From positions 1-64,000 of IMG/VR virus record IMGVR_UViG_3300050336_000035: a stretch of 64,000 bases of DNA; one strand, written 5' to 3'. The DNA comes from a virus. Its lineage: Duplodnaviria > Caudoviricetes. The notes under the pieces are model-generated. The model ran no database searches. It was not told where the DNA came from and was given only the letters and a program-made list of their open reading frames with translations. This document shows, one piece after another, positions 21,697-33,223 of the stretch. A program made the translations under genes and the position numbers. The number at the start of each line of letters is the position of its first letter. The stretch's first letter is position 1.

Positions 21697-21948
21697 ATGG
21701 AATTAGAAAGATATCAAATAGCAGCAAGCAAAATTAGTGGTTTAGATGATGATATATCTAAGACCAAAGAAGAATTAATATATACTGCAAAAACTATATT
21801 AAATATGTATAATGAACCTGAAACATCATTTTATAATGATTTACATTGTGATTACAAAAGAAATAAATACACAACACCAGAACAAGTTAGGACATTAGCA
21901 AAAAAACATATATCACAATTAAAAGCATTTATAAAAAAGTATAGTTGA
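21697..21948 (+). CDS. Hypothetical protein
   Basis: AAGGAGG RBS after promoter. Confidence 0.7.
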   Translation: MELERYQIAASKISGLDDDISKTKEELIYTAKTILNMYNEPETSFYNDLHCDYKRNKYTTPEQVRTLAKKHISQLKAFIKKYS

Positions 21949-21998
21949 TGAAACATACAACAATGATATTGAATATTAATATAAAAGGAGACCAAACC

Positions 21999-22475
21999 AT
22001 GAAAACAAATAAAACTATTAAAGTAAATAAGAATCTAACCTTAAAACTACTAACCATCATAATAATAGTAATAACCATATTGTCAATAAACATTACCAAT
22101 GTATCAGCATCCACACAGACTAATACAATAGATACAACTAATACTATGCAATCTAATATATCAGATACCACAATAGCAGACAACAAACCATCAGGCTATT
22201 ATGGTTACTATGGAATAGTACAAGGAGACGGACACACAACAAAGATATATATCAAGATAAATGGAAACTGGGAACGATATATAATAAAATCCGACTATAT
22301 AGGCTATGAATGTAAGATAGTATCATTTGACCAGAAAATAACTTTGGACAACTATAAAACTGTAAGAGTTATAAATATAATAGATACAACTGATAAAGTA
22401 AAGACTGATAATACAATACATGATTATATGTTATTTAAGGTATTTAAAGAACCAACAAAAGGAGGAAAAAACTAA
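21999..22475 (+). CDS. Secreted/membrane-anchored hypothetical protein
   Basis: Start after AAAGGAG; signal-peptide-like hydrophobic stretch ending VSA. Confidence 0.65.
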   Translation: MKTNKTIKVNKNLTLKLLTIIIIVITILSINITNVSASTQTNTIDTTNTMQSNISDTTIADNKPSGYYGYYGIVQGDGHTTKIYIKINGNWERYIIKSDYIGYECKIVSFDQKITLDNYKTVRVINIIDTTDKVKTDNTIHDYMLFKVFKEPTKGGKN

Positions 22476-22636
22476 GCATATGATAGATTACATATTACTA
22501 GGCGTAATTATAATAGGTATAGCATATAAGGTAATACATAAAATAATAATAGAATAATAACAAAATATACAACACTGCAAGAGAGGTAATATATTTATCT
22601 CTCTATTATGCTATTTAGAAAGGAGCAACCAAACAA

Positions 22637-23134
22637 ATGACTAATACAAACAATAGAGTATTACATAATCCTTTAGAATTCATTCTGGCAGGTCAAGCAA
22701 AATTTAGCTGTACTAATGTTGAAACAAATAATACATATACATATAAAGTCACCAGAGCAAACCATACCAACAATACTAATGATAAATATTTATATTTTGT
22801 AAGTGTACAAATAGATAATCCGAATCCAGAAGCCTATAATCAATATACATATAAATATATAGGTACTATTCATTTAAACCAAAACAATAATAATGAACCT
22901 ATCTTTACATATGGCAATAAATCAAGCATCCCGAAAGACTCAGCAAGTGTAAAAGGTTTTGCTTATATCATAAAGCATCTAATCACAAACACATTACCAG
23001 AATATTATATAATAAAACACTATGGTAAATGTGGACGTTGTGGCAGAGCCTTAACGGATGAAAAAAGTATATTGTTAGGTTTAGGCAATGAATGTATAAA
23101 GATTATGAATAGAGAGAAAAAGAAAAATAAATAA
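22637..23134 (+). CDS. DUF6011-like protein
   Basis: C-terminal CGRCGRALTDEKSILLGLGNEC. Confidence 0.75.
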   Translation: MTNTNNRVLHNPLEFILAGQAKFSCTNVETNNTYTYKVTRANHTNNTNDKYLYFVSVQIDNPNPEAYNQYTYKYIGTIHLNQNNNNEPIFTYGNKSSIPKDSASVKGFAYIIKHLITNTLPEYYIIKHYGKCGRCGRALTDEKSILLGLGNECIKIMNREKKKNK

Positions 23135-23368
23135 ATGACTTAATGTCCTGCGGACGGCTTTTGCAATTTTCTTCGCTACGCTTGAAAATGTGCAAAGAAA
23201 TATATTTATTTATATTTTTAAATAATAAATAATTAATCAGTAGGAGGAATAAAAATAAAAAATTATAATAATACAAGTTAATATTAATATAATAATAGTA
23301 TATATTAAGATATAGATGTATTTTGCGACTGGAAGCCATTGATATAACTACATTTCGGAATAAATTAG

Positions 23369-23415
23369 CGACAGTTTTTGTCGTTTTTCTATTGATTTAC
23401 CGACAACTTTTGTCG
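23369..23415. repeat. Two palindromic CGACA-N5-TGTCG sites, 32-bp period
   Basis: CGACAGTTTTTGTCG (23369) and CGACAACTTTTGTCG (23401) upstream of a RepL-like gene. Confidence 0.8.
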
Positions 23416-23452
23416 GAAAAATATTTTATATAAGAAAGGATTTTTATACATA

Positions 23453-23953
23453 ATGGAAGATGAAAACAAAACATTAGTAATAGCAGACCCAACAACAGGA
23501 GAAATAATATCAGAATTAAACGAAGGTGATAGAATAGTAAGAAAAGCCTCTATTGATAAATACAATAGTACAATGTCATTTAACAAGGACGAGCCATTTG
23601 TTAAAGTATTTAGTAATGTACTTTTTGAATTATCGGATAAACTATCAGGAAAGGAAAGCTTATTTTTATACTATTTATTGCAATATGTTAATTTTGAAGA
23701 TGGTATACTTGAAAGAAATAAAGAAATACTTACAAAAGAAATGATAATTGAAGAAACAAAGCAATCCGAAAGAAATATTGAAAGATTAATTGCAGGATTA
23801 ATTGAAAAGGAAGTAATAGGAAAACATAGAACTGGAACAAAGAAAGTCGCATATACTATTAATCCTTTTATATTTATGAAGGGTAAAAGAATAGATTTAA
23901 CATTATATGAATTATATAAAAAATCAAAATGGGCGAAATTATATGAAGAATAA
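23453..23953 (+). CDS. RepL-like winged-helix protein
   Basis: DPTTGEI...PFVKVF...wHTH...YTINPFIFMKG. Confidence 0.65.
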   Translation: MEDENKTLVIADPTTGEIISELNEGDRIVRKASIDKYNSTMSFNKDEPFVKVFSNVLFELSDKLSGKESLFLYYLLQYVNFEDGILERNKEILTKEMIIEETKQSERNIERLIAGLIEKEVIGKHRTGTKKVAYTINPFIFMKGKRIDLTLYELYKKSKWAKLYEE

Positions 23954-24262
23954 CAAATAATAATTAAAAGGACTAAAAAGTCCTTTTCTTTTCTCTTTTT
24001 ATCGTTTATCAATAATCAGTCTTTTATAAGCCCGTACAATCAATTTTACTCTATCAACAACAAATTACATTACCATATGCAAAACAAACGTTTAAAACAA
24101 ATTCTACGAGGTCAAAAATATATAATATAAGCCTAAAGATTTTGTAAATATCAAAATAGTGAAACAAATTATTTTAATATTAGTTATTGACAGATAAATT
24201 TAAAAGGTATAAAATGTAATTAATTAATAGCTTACTGATAGTAAGCAGAAGGAAGGTATATT

Positions 24263-24619
24263 ATGAAAATAATGATTAAGGAAAAAAAACAAATAAGAGA
24301 GTTATCTATATATGGTACAAATGGGATAGAGTGGACAGCAGACCTGTTAGGGAATAATGATGCATTACAGTATGACCAAGAAAGAGAAATATATATAATG
24401 AGTCAATCAGACTATTTTTGGTGGTTAGAATATATCAATAACCATATTAATGATGAAAAAGAAATACAGGAACTAGCAGAAGAATTAGATATTGATATAT
24501 CAGAAATATATGAAAGAATAAGTCAATATAGTACATGTGATTTAGGAGACGAACACAATATAAAGCAAGCTGTACTAAAAGAAATAAAAAACGAAAATAA
24601 AAAAGTAAATATCAATTAA
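24263..24619 (+). CDS. Hypothetical protein
   Basis: Promoter, RBS and terminator bracket the ORF. Confidence 0.7.
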   Translation: MKIMIKEKKQIRELSIYGTNGIEWTADLLGNNDALQYDQEREIYIMSQSDYFWWLEYINNHINDEKEIQELAEELDIDISEIYERISQYSTCDLGDEHNIKQAVLKEIKNENKKVNIN

Positions 24620-24624
24620 TATTA

Positions 24625-24656
24625 AAAAGGACTAGCCGACAAAGCTAGTCTTTTTA
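24625..24656 (+). terminator. Intrinsic terminator
   Basis: GACTAGC/GCTAGTC stem plus T-tract. Confidence 0.75.
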
Positions 24657-25532
24657 TTTTTGTTATAAATGTCTATTAATAAAAGCCACAACAAAAAAAA
24701 CATAGTAATATAGTTATTAATACTATGCAAATACGATTAATAAATTTATATCATACTATATTGATATTATTAGTATGTATAAATACACTACATAAAATTT
24801 TAAGATATATCATTATGTATCAAATAAAGTACAATGTATAATATACATACAAATGTATAAATATAAATGAGAATTTGACATTAAACAATAAAATAATATT
24901 AACCTTATCTGTAAGGCTCTAAAATCGTTTTTAAGCCATTAATAATAAAATAATATACTTATAAGGATATGTCCTCAATAATCAATCCTGATGGATTCGA
25001 CATTATTAGACATGCAAATTGCCTCCACTTTGGTATTAAAAACAGGGTTAAAAATGGGACAGCTCACCACTTATATAATAGTAAATATATATAATGCAGT
25101 AATATCAAGGCACACAAGGTTATAGTAATTATAAAATGTATAAAAGTGCATAGGATATAAAAATAAAAAGTATTGACAAAAAGGGATTTTAAGTATTATA
25201 TTTATAGTAAGATATAAACTTAAAGATGGTAAGGAGGACAAGATAAATGAAGCAGTGGGAGATAGACGATTTAATTAAGGATATTGCAGGAGGGAAAAAA
25301 GAATGTTAAGATTAAGGCATATAATAAAAGGTACAAAGAGGTTAAATGTAAAAAGTACATATATGGAAGTATACAAAGGTAATAAGTACATAGGAATAGC
25401 GTTATTTAGATAAGTTATCAAATAAGCATTTTATGTTGTTTTAAAAATATTATAAAAAACTATTTACATTTATATTAATATCAATTATAATATAAATATG
25501 ATAGTTAATAAATATTTCGGAGGTTGATTTAT

Positions 25533-25781
25533 ATGATAATTAATACTGGAGATATAGTAAAATGTTTCGGGCAGTTTAGAATGAAATTAACTCCATACTT
25601 AGTAAAAGATAAAGATAATAATATAATAAAAGATGAAAGTAAAGCACAAATTACAATGTATGATATAAGCCAAAAATTTGATATATTATGGAGTACTACA
25701 ATGAAATTAAATGAAGCTCATGGAGCGTTAACAATGTTTGAAATGATAGGTTATTATAATGCACCAATAAATGTAAATTAG
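25533..25781 (+). CDS. Hypothetical protein
   Basis: GGAGG RBS; terminator follows. Confidence 0.65.
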   Translation: MIINTGDIVKCFGQFRMKLTPYLVKDKDNNIIKDESKAQITMYDISQKFDILWSTTMKLNEAHGALTMFEMIGYYNAPINVN

Positions 25782-25800
25782 AGCTGAAAAGCTCTTTTTT
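25780..25800 (+). terminator. Intrinsic terminator
   Basis: AGAGC/GCTCT stem plus T-tract. Confidence 0.65.
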
Positions 25801-26323
25801 ATTAGAAGGAGGTTAAAACTTGAAACATATATTTAAAATAAAGTTGTTAAACGATAAAGAATTTACTATAGAATCAGATACTAATAGTTTAAACGATATA
25901 TCATTAAAAATAATACAAATATGCGTTGAAAATAATAGTCAAGTTATTAGCTTAAATGAATTAACGGCATCTCATAGAAATATAAAATAATAAAATGAAA
26001 GGAACATATCTTATGATAGAACAATTAAAAAATATTAAATCCGAATTAGAACAAATTGCAGATGAATTATATCAGGATGAAAACAATATTGTTATATTAG
26101 CACATTTAGAACATGCTATTAATGATATCAGAAAAGCTTTTATAATATTAGCGGTAAGAGATAAATAATCAATATAGAATATAACTTTTATTTGGTTATT
26201 AGAGAGCCTGACAAGGTTCTCTTTTTGTTTGTTCAAAATTATCATGAAAATATAAAAATAATTGTTGACGAATAATATAGTGAGGGTGTATAATTATATT
26301 AAGATTTAAAGGAGGTTGATGAC

Positions 26324-26740
26324 ATGAAAGCTTTAAAACTATTGGAAGATATGAAAAATAAGAAATATACTACTATAGATAATATACTTGATGCTGAAAC
26401 AGATTTTTTTAGTATCAACAGAAACCAAAAAAATGTTATTGAAAATATCATATACCAGCAATTAAAACCTTTTTATTTTAATCCTATAGCTTTAGGCACA
26501 CAATTAAAAACTGGTGACACTTGGAGCAGTAAGGCACATACTGAGCATTTTAGAACTTTTGAAGGTTATACTTTAAAACTTTATGGTAATACCTTTAAAA
26601 TCAAAGATGAATTAAAAGCAAAGGGTTATAAATATGACAGTACAGTTAAAGCATGGTATAAAACCATAGAAACAATTGAAAATTTAATATCTGATGTTGA
26701 AACATATAAAAGTTATTGTACGGACATAAAGATAAATTGA
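26324..26740 (+). CDS. Hypothetical protein
   Basis: AAGGAGG RBS; GNTFKIKDELKAKGYKYD...AWYK phage motif. Confidence 0.75.
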   Translation: MKALKLLEDMKNKKYTTIDNILDAETDFFSINRNQKNVIENIIYQQLKPFYFNPIALGTQLKTGDTWSSKAHTEHFRTFEGYTLKLYGNTFKIKDELKAKGYKYDSTVKAWYKTIETIENLISDVETYKSYCTDIKIN

Positions 26741-26912
26741 GGTTAGAAATAACCTCTTTTTTGACCAAATGCACATTTTATTTTATTTGGTTAATGTAAT
26801 TGAATAATAATATAAAAATAATATCAAAAATCTATTGCAATATGTTATTTTATGATTTATAATAAAGATAGTTAATACACAACTTGCTAGTAGCAAGGGA
26901 AAGCGTGAGACT

Positions 26913-27248
26913 ATGAAAGCTAAAATAGATAACAAAATTTTAAATGTCAGAATAATAAATGCAAATTACAATGAGTATGCAGTAGAATGTGAAATTTTAG
27001 AAGGTAATTTCAAGGGTGCATATACAATTGTTGAAAATACTGATTTAATCAAAGAAAAGAAAAATTTTCGTTATTATGTACAGAGAACACAAGAACCAGA
27101 TTTAAATGAAAGACGTAAAACAACTACAAAAAGAAAATGCGAAACTTTAGAAGAAGCAAAAAAAGTTAAAAGCAAATATGTTGACTGCAATCATAGTAAT
27201 ATTTATAGCTACAAGATTCTTGATAGAATTACAGGTGAGTATCTATAA
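26913..27248 (+). CDS. Hypothetical protein
   Basis: Promoter, leader hairpin, RBS. Confidence 0.7.
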   Translation: MKAKIDNKILNVRIINANYNEYAVECEILEGNFKGAYTIVENTDLIKEKKNFRYYVQRTQEPDLNERRKTTTKRKCETLEEAKKVKSKYVDCNHSNIYSYKILDRITGEYL

Positions 27249-27272
27249 AACGGCAGAGCCGTAAAGAAGGGA

Positions 27273-27506
27273 ATGTGTATCATGAAATTATCAAGAAAGA
27301 TTCAGTTAATACCTAGAATATTTATAAAAATAGTAACAAATAATAATTATTATATTTGTGATAGCTGTCATAAGTTACATAAAAGAAAAGGGAAAGAATT
27401 TGATTTAAATTCTAAATGGGCAATAACCGTAAATTATGAATGCTCGAACAAATCTATTAATAAAGCAAAAAACTTGATTATTGATTCAATATTTCAAAAG
27501 GTATAA
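27273..27506 (+). CDS. Hypothetical protein
   Basis: ORF ending just before an 18-bp site. Confidence 0.6.
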   Translation: MCIMKLSRKIQLIPRIFIKIVTNNNYYICDSCHKLHKRKGKEFDLNSKWAITVNYECSNKSINKAKNLIIDSIFQKV

Positions 27507-27540
27507 TGCTAATGCAATGAATACTTGATTTTATGTGGTT

Positions 27541-27547
27541 TGTCGAA
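27541..27547 (+). promoter_or_regulatory. Spo0A box (TGTCGAA) upstream of promoter
   Basis: TTTGTCGAA upstream of a TTGCAA...TATAAT promoter. Confidence 0.5.
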
Positions 27548-27644
27548 TTTTGCGAAATGTTTCTCTTGCAATTATTATATTAATATCATATAATGTTAAT
27601 ATAAATTAAAGAGCCGAACATAATTGGCAGAAAGCAGGTACATT

Positions 27645-27923
27645 ATGAAACTTACATATGAAAGAGGAAATGTTAATTTAGTAGCAGAAGCTACAAAGTA
27701 TTCAGAGGAACAAACAACTGCTTGTTTTGATTTTTATTTAATGGATGGATATAGAGTTACTGGTGGAATGTTAGGATTATCAGACCGCAAATATAAAACT
27801 TTTAACGGTTGGTTAAAATCCGTATTAAAAGATTATCCAGAATTAACCGTTGATATGGATAAAGTTAAAGAAATGAAAGAGTTTGCTGAAGAAATTCGGA
27901 ATCAGGATGATGAAGAAGAATAA
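27645..27923 (+). CDS. Hypothetical protein
   Basis: Start moved to MKLT. Confidence 0.65.
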   Translation: MKLTYERGNVNLVAEATKYSEEQTTACFDFYLMDGYRVTGGMLGLSDRKYKTFNGWLKSVLKDYPELTVDMDKVKEMKEFAEEIRNQDDEEE

Positions 27924-28432
27924 AAACCAATAGAACTGGTATTTCATGTACTGTAATAATATGGTATATTTTATATATTTATTTTCCTTATAAAAATATC
28001 AATATAATTATTGACAGTATAATAAATAGTGTGCTATTATTAATTTATAAAATAATTATAGGAGGTTTTTATTATGACATTAAAGAATATATTAAACAGA
28101 ATGTGTGCAGTAATGACTGGAAAAGAATTTACAGAAAGGACTGGAGAAAGCTTATATAAAACTAATAAAACTATTACATTAGTAATAGGCGGTATAAATA
28201 AGACTTATCCAGTGGTTATTGATAATTATGAAAAATAAAAGTCCTTTTGATTCGGAGAAGTGTTTGGAATGTATATGGATGAGACAAGAAGAGCCTTTTC
28301 ATTGTCCTATATTTCATATAGATATTGATAATATAAACATAAAAAATTGTACAATTGGATTAATAAAAACATAGAAGGTTATATCTTCTATGTTTTTGCA
28401 ATTATAATTTAATTCAAGAAAGGAGGAATTGC

Positions 28433-28645
28433 ATGAAAGAATATGAGGAAAACTTAATAAAATATGATGGCGATAAAAACAAAGCGTTTATTATTACATT
28501 AATAGAAAATTCGTCAAAGTCATTATTAAATGTTATAAAGAAAAATAATTTTTGTATGGATGATATTGTTTTAAGTGTTAATATTGAAAGTAATTATTAT
28601 AATATTCATCATACTGAAACAATAGGAGGCTGCATATGCAAATAG
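28433..28645 (+). CDS. Hypothetical protein
   Basis: AGGAGG RBS. Confidence 0.6.
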   Translation: MKEYEENLIKYDGDKNKAFIITLIENSSKSLLNVIKKNNFCMDDIVLSVNIESNYYNIHHTETIGGCICK

Positions 28646-28863
28646 GAGATAAACAGCTACAAGAGCCTAAAACATTAGATGAAGCAAGAGAAGTATATAA
28701 TATTTTAGGTTTGAAATTTAGTGAGAATTCGCCTGAATGGTTAAACGAATATTATAATGCAAAGCAGCTTGTTAAAATGAATAACTATGTAAGAGAATTA
28801 AACAAACAATCAAATATAGCTATTCATGATTTATACAAAATATTAAAGGAGGCTACAAAGTGA
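28636..28863 (+). CDS. Hypothetical protein
   Basis: AGGAGG RBS, coupled. Confidence 0.6.
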   Translation: MQIGDKQLQEPKTLDEAREVYNILGLKFSENSPEWLNEYYNAKQLVKMNNYVRELNKQSNIAIHDLYKILKEATK

Positions 28864-29014
28864 CAAGAACTCCAAAATGTAAAGATTGTATGTTTGAAAT
28901 GAATACTGATTACGGGGATTCTATAGTTTATTGGTGTGATATTCATTATAAACAATTAGATAATATTGTTTATCTGGACAAAAAATGCGAGTATTATAGA
29001 AAGGATGAGTATAA

Positions 29015-29278
29015 ATGTTTGCAAGAGGACAAATAGTTAAGGTATTAGGGGAAGGTATATTAAAAGATACTGTAGGAACTTTTTATTCTGATTATGGGAA
29101 AACATATATAATACATATTTTAGAGCCAGAGCATTTAAAAGGAGAAGAATTATATATTCCAAAGTCAAAATATACACTTGAAATAATTACAGATGATAAT
29201 ATTGAACAATGGAAAAAGGATGTTATTTATAAGATATTAGATAAATTTGATAAAACAGGAGGAGCGTATAAAAGATAA
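29015..29278 (+). CDS. Hypothetical protein
   Basis: RBS AAGGA. Confidence 0.6.
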   Translation: MFARGQIVKVLGEGILKDTVGTFYSDYGKTYIIHILEPEHLKGEELYIPKSKYTLEIITDDNIEQWKKDVIYKILDKFDKTGGAYKR

Positions 29279-29571
29279 TGAGAGATTATAAGGTATTTGA
29301 GAAAATGGATAAAATAAATTTTAATGTTGGTGATATAGTATATTCTAGTTATTATCATAAATCTGGTGAAGTAGTAGCAATAAATGAAGATGATGCAGAA
29401 ACCTATTATACTATAGCATGGAATAAATGTCATGATGGTTTATGTTCTGCTGATGAATACGATGATTTTGATTTACCTATATATGACAATAGATATTATG
29501 GGACATATAGAAATGTTGATATAATAAAATACGGATTGAGAAAGAAGGATAAAAAACATGGTAGATTATGA
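29278..29571 (+). CDS. Hypothetical protein
   Basis: TAATG coupling. Confidence 0.6.
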   Translation: MRDYKVFEKMDKINFNVGDIVYSSYYHKSGEVVAINEDDAETYYTIAWNKCHDGLCSADEYDDFDLPIYDNRYYGTYRNVDIIKYGLRKKDKKHGRL

Positions 29572-29749
29572 GAAAAAACATAAAAGTTTAAATTGTCCTA
29601 TATGTAATAAACCATTAATTATATCAGAATCACACAATCAAGTTGCTTGTAGTGATATAAATTGTAAATTTAATAATAATATTGATATAGTTAATTATTG
29701 CATAAAATGACGATTTCATGGCTATTAATATAAGTTTGGAGGAATAATA

Positions 29750-30049
29750 ATGCAAAGAATATGGAGAGATTCAAAAACAAATAACTTTATGATTAACAGG
29801 CACTTGATGTATTCAGCAGAAATTTCAAAAGTTTTTATCTATGAATATGATGGAAGTTTATTAGAAATTACAGAAGATTTCAAAGCAATACAAGCTAATG
29901 AATTATATCTTCCAGTATTCTTGTATAGATTTCCTAGGTTTAAAGAGGGAACATGTTTTGTTGTTACTGATAAGCGAAAATTAATAGATGATAAACCAAA
30001 ATATGATTTATACATACATAAAGGTCAAACAATGAAAATAGGAGCGTGA
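29750..30049 (+). CDS. Hypothetical protein
   Basis: GGAGG RBS just after an 18-bp site. Confidence 0.65.
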   Translation: MQRIWRDSKTNNFMINRHLMYSAEISKVFIYEYDGSLLEITEDFKAIQANELYLPVFLYRFPRFKEGTCFVVTDKRKLIDDKPKYDLYIHKGQTMKIGA

Positions 30050-30050
30050 A

Positions 30051-30242
30051 TTGATTATGTCTTTACGTGACACCGTTGGAAAGCTATTACATATTAAAAC
30101 AAATAGAGTTGAATATATAGTTAAGGTATATGATAGTAATAAATATATGAATGTTTGTTATGCTCATATTGTTGCTATAATAAAAGGCAGTGCAAAAATA
30201 GGTAGCCGATGGATTGTAAAAGAGAACCAAGTAATAATATAA
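30051..30242 (+). CDS. Hypothetical protein
   Basis: AGGAG RBS. Confidence 0.55.
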   Translation: MIMSLRDTVGKLLHIKTNRVEYIVKVYDSNKYMNVCYAHIVAIIKGSAKIGSRWIVKENQVII

Positions 30243-30515
30243 AAACATGACCAAAAACAAATTTCATGAACTAATTAAACCCAATAGCAGGAGCGTAAAC
30301 CCTGCTATTTTTATTTGTAGCTGATTTATTCTCCAATATGGTATAATATGACTATTGGATAATTTGAACGCTTAAAACGGCTTATAAATGTTTAAAAATA
30401 GTTTAAAAATTATTTTAATATCCTATTGCATTCTGAATTAATGTGTGTTAGAATTTATATTGTAATCAAGTTAAACATTACATACGGTACTAAGTACCGA
30501 GAAGGAGCGTATATT

Positions 30516-30698
30516 ATGAAATTATTTTTAACTAATAATAATAAAAAAGAGGTTTATGTATCAAATAATATTGAAGACATAAAAACAGAGATTTTAAAAC
30601 AGAATGCTAATTTTAATATTGTAATACATGACGGATTTTTAGAGGCAAGTAACATAAATGATATTAATAAAGCAATAGAATTTGCAATAGTAGAATAA
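30516..30698 (+). CDS. Hypothetical protein
   Basis: Start moved to MKLF after AAGGAG. Confidence 0.55.
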   Translation: MKLFLTNNNKKEVYVSNNIEDIKTEILKQNANFNIVIHDGFLEASNINDINKAIEFAIVE

Positions 30699-31027
30699 TG
30701 TTGATGGGTTCGCCCGTAGTGGCGAATTAAAACGCAAGTTACGTCCAAAGCCGTAACGGAATAGGAGAATAAAAAATTATGATTAAATATCAAGAAAAGA
30801 AAACAGGTAGAAAGTATTTTGTAGAGTCTTTAGAAGTTAATGATTTAGGTTTAATTGTATTAATACCAGTCAGAGGTGCTGAAGGTATTGCAGTAACTCC
30901 AGAATCACTAGAAAAACGATTTAAAAAATGTGACCAAAAGTAAATTCTATCAAAAGTATTGACAATTATTTTTATATCTATTACAATGTAGATAGTTAAT
31001 AAAATAAATCTAGCGGAGGTTATCAAG

Positions 31028-31363
31028 ATGAGTTTATATGATGAATTATCAGAACTTTCAGGCAATGAATGGAATAACTTATTCCAGATGGCAATTGATG
31101 AAGGAAAGAAACAATTCAATTCAATGCCTAGCGATGTAACATATCAGTATTTAGGCGAACTTGATTCTCCAATGGATTGTATTGAAAAAGGAGTACCAAA
31201 GGAAATTGTTAAAAATCAATTTCATGGTAAATGTAATGTTTTTTCTGTAAGTAATGGAACATATGTATTCTGTAGTGATTTTCAAGCTGAAGCAATTTTT
31301 GAAAGTGGTAAATGTATATCACGTTTTGAGTGTGATTGGGATGAAGACGAGGACAAATATTAG
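31028..31363 (+). CDS. Hypothetical protein
   Basis: Own promoter, GGAGG RBS. Confidence 0.7.
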   Translation: MSLYDELSELSGNEWNNLFQMAIDEGKKQFNSMPSDVTYQYLGELDSPMDCIEKGVPKEIVKNQFHGKCNVFSVSNGTYVFCSDFQAEAIFESGKCISRFECDWDEDEDKY

Positions 31364-31407
31364 TTATTATATAGTTTGCCAGAGGGCAGACGGAAGGAAG
31401 GTTTATT

Positions 31408-31605
31408 ATGGATAGAAGAGATATAAACGAATTAATAGAAGATGCATTATTATTTTATAATGATGAAGAAGAAAATTCCTTACAGGGTGAGATTGAAAAA
31501 ATTAAGACATTCAGCAAAGCAGGATTATTGACCACAGATAATGGATTGGTTATTAAAATGAAAAATGGGGCAGAATTTCAAATAACAATTGTTCAAAGTA
31601 AATGA
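31408..31605 (+). CDS. Hypothetical protein
   Basis: TFSKAGLLTTDNGLVI...GAEFQITIVQS phage motif. Confidence 0.7.
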   Translation: MDRRDINELIEDALLFYNDEEENSLQGEIEKIKTFSKAGLLTTDNGLVIKMKNGAEFQITIVQSK

Positions 31606-31664
31606 TTCAATAAATAGCAAGTTTTATTGTAATGTTAAAATAATTTAATAGGAGTGTTGCAAAC

Positions 31665-31943
31665 ATGAGAACAAAAACTTTGAATAATGCAAAATTAGTT
31701 GTTACAGTAGAAAGTATAAAAGGACAACAAACAATTAATACAATGTCTGTTTTTGATAATCGTACAAATGAATTTTGGAACAATGAACGAATAAAAGAAA
31801 GAGGAATAACAAGCTTTTTAAATATAGATGATTTAAAAGAAACACTTAACTGGAATTTAAATGGTGACAGTTCAAAATATCAATTTAAGTGGGGTCAAAC
31901 TGGGAAAAATAGTTCAGATGGAATAGCGTATATTTTTCAATAA
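31665..31943 (+). CDS. Hypothetical protein
   Basis: Bracketed by 18-bp sites at 31610 and 31949. Confidence 0.7.
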   Translation: MRTKTLNNAKLVVTVESIKGQQTINTMSVFDNRTNEFWNNERIKERGITSFLNIDDLKETLNWNLNGDSSKYQFKWGQTGKNSSDGIAYIFQ

Positions 31944-32838
31944 AGCAAATGAAATCCTTAATTCATAAATTAAATTTTAGGAGGTTAAAAAAAATGAAAT
32001 CTTATAGTGTGAATAGTAGATTAATCTGGAAACATGAAAGTGGTTATATAGTTGAAGCAACACAAGGACAAATATTTAAAACCTTAAAGGATGCAAAACA
32101 AGCTGCTAAAACTCTACCATGGGAATAATAAAATTACCTAGTTTGCTGATATGAAGCAGACTACAAGCGTTATAATCTTAGCTTGTAAATATAAAAGATG
32201 TTGGAATAAAAAATACATAATAGGAGCGTGAGCAGATATGAGGAAATTACAAAGAAATTTAAATGATTTGCTTAATAAAATCTATCTGGAACAGGCAAAA
32301 GAAATACTAAACAAATATAATATTAAGGTAAGTAATAAATTATAGGACGGCTTAAAACCGTTCTATTTTCTTTTTATAGCCTTTTATTTAGGTCTGGTAT
32401 ATAATTACATTGTCGGGCATGGTAGAGCCTTAAAACGGATTTTAGAGCATCATTGTGATTATATATTATTTTTATATTTTATATTGACTTTTGGTAAACA
32501 CTTATGTTACTATTATATTGTGATTAATAGATAATATTTCTAAGCCAATTCTGGCAGATAAAATTTAATAATCTAGTGCAATGCTAGACAGTTTAGTTAA
32601 AATTATTACATAAGGCTTTGAGCCGATAGAATAGGAGTGTTGAAAATGAAGGAATGTACAATAATGTTTAGTGTAATGGTCAATAACTGGGTAATAGCAG
32701 AAGATGGACATTTTAACTATAAGGAAAATTTTGAGACAGCGGAACAGGCAGTAATTTCTGCTTATAGAAAAGGTTATACAACTATAAAAATTGAAACGAA
32801 ATAGTCTGTTTATAACATGTTTGGAGGTGTAAAACAAC

Positions 32839-33060
32839 ATGAAATTTAAAAGGCATAAACTTTTTGATACTGGTATAATAGTTTATGATGGCGAATATAG
32901 TAATATAAAATATAGAATCGTAAAAAGAGATAATGTATGGATACTCATGAGATTAAACAAAACTACCAATAAATATTATGATACTTTATGGTCATCAGCA
33001 GGAAAGTTGGCAGTATTTAAAAAATATATGATTGAATTAATTGCAAGTAATAAAATATAA
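32839..33060 (+). CDS. Hypothetical protein
   Basis: GGAGG RBS. Confidence 0.6.
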   Translation: MKFKRHKLFDTGIIVYDGEYSNIKYRIVKRDNVWILMRLNKTTNKYYDTLWSSAGKLAVFKKYMIELIASNKI

Positions 33061-33073
33061 TGGAGGTTTTAAA

Positions 33074-33223
33074 ATGAAAATTATAAAAGTATCTCAGAAT
33101 CCTTTTCGTAAGCATGAAGTTAAAAATCTGCCAAAAGACGCAGAATATAGACAACAAAGTATAAATGATAATGAAGTTTATTATAGTGAAACTAAACAAA
33201 GCTATTACGAAATAATAAAATAA
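33074..33223 (+). CDS. Hypothetical protein
   Basis: Start moved to MKII after GGAGG. Confidence 0.55.
   Translation: MKIIKVSQNPFRKHEVKNLPKDAEYRQQSINDNEVYYSETKQSYYEIIK

Noticed and set aside
30700-30765. Pistol ribozyme or preQ1 riboswitch
   Set aside because: Hairpins are present but the conserved core and pseudoknot could not be matched.
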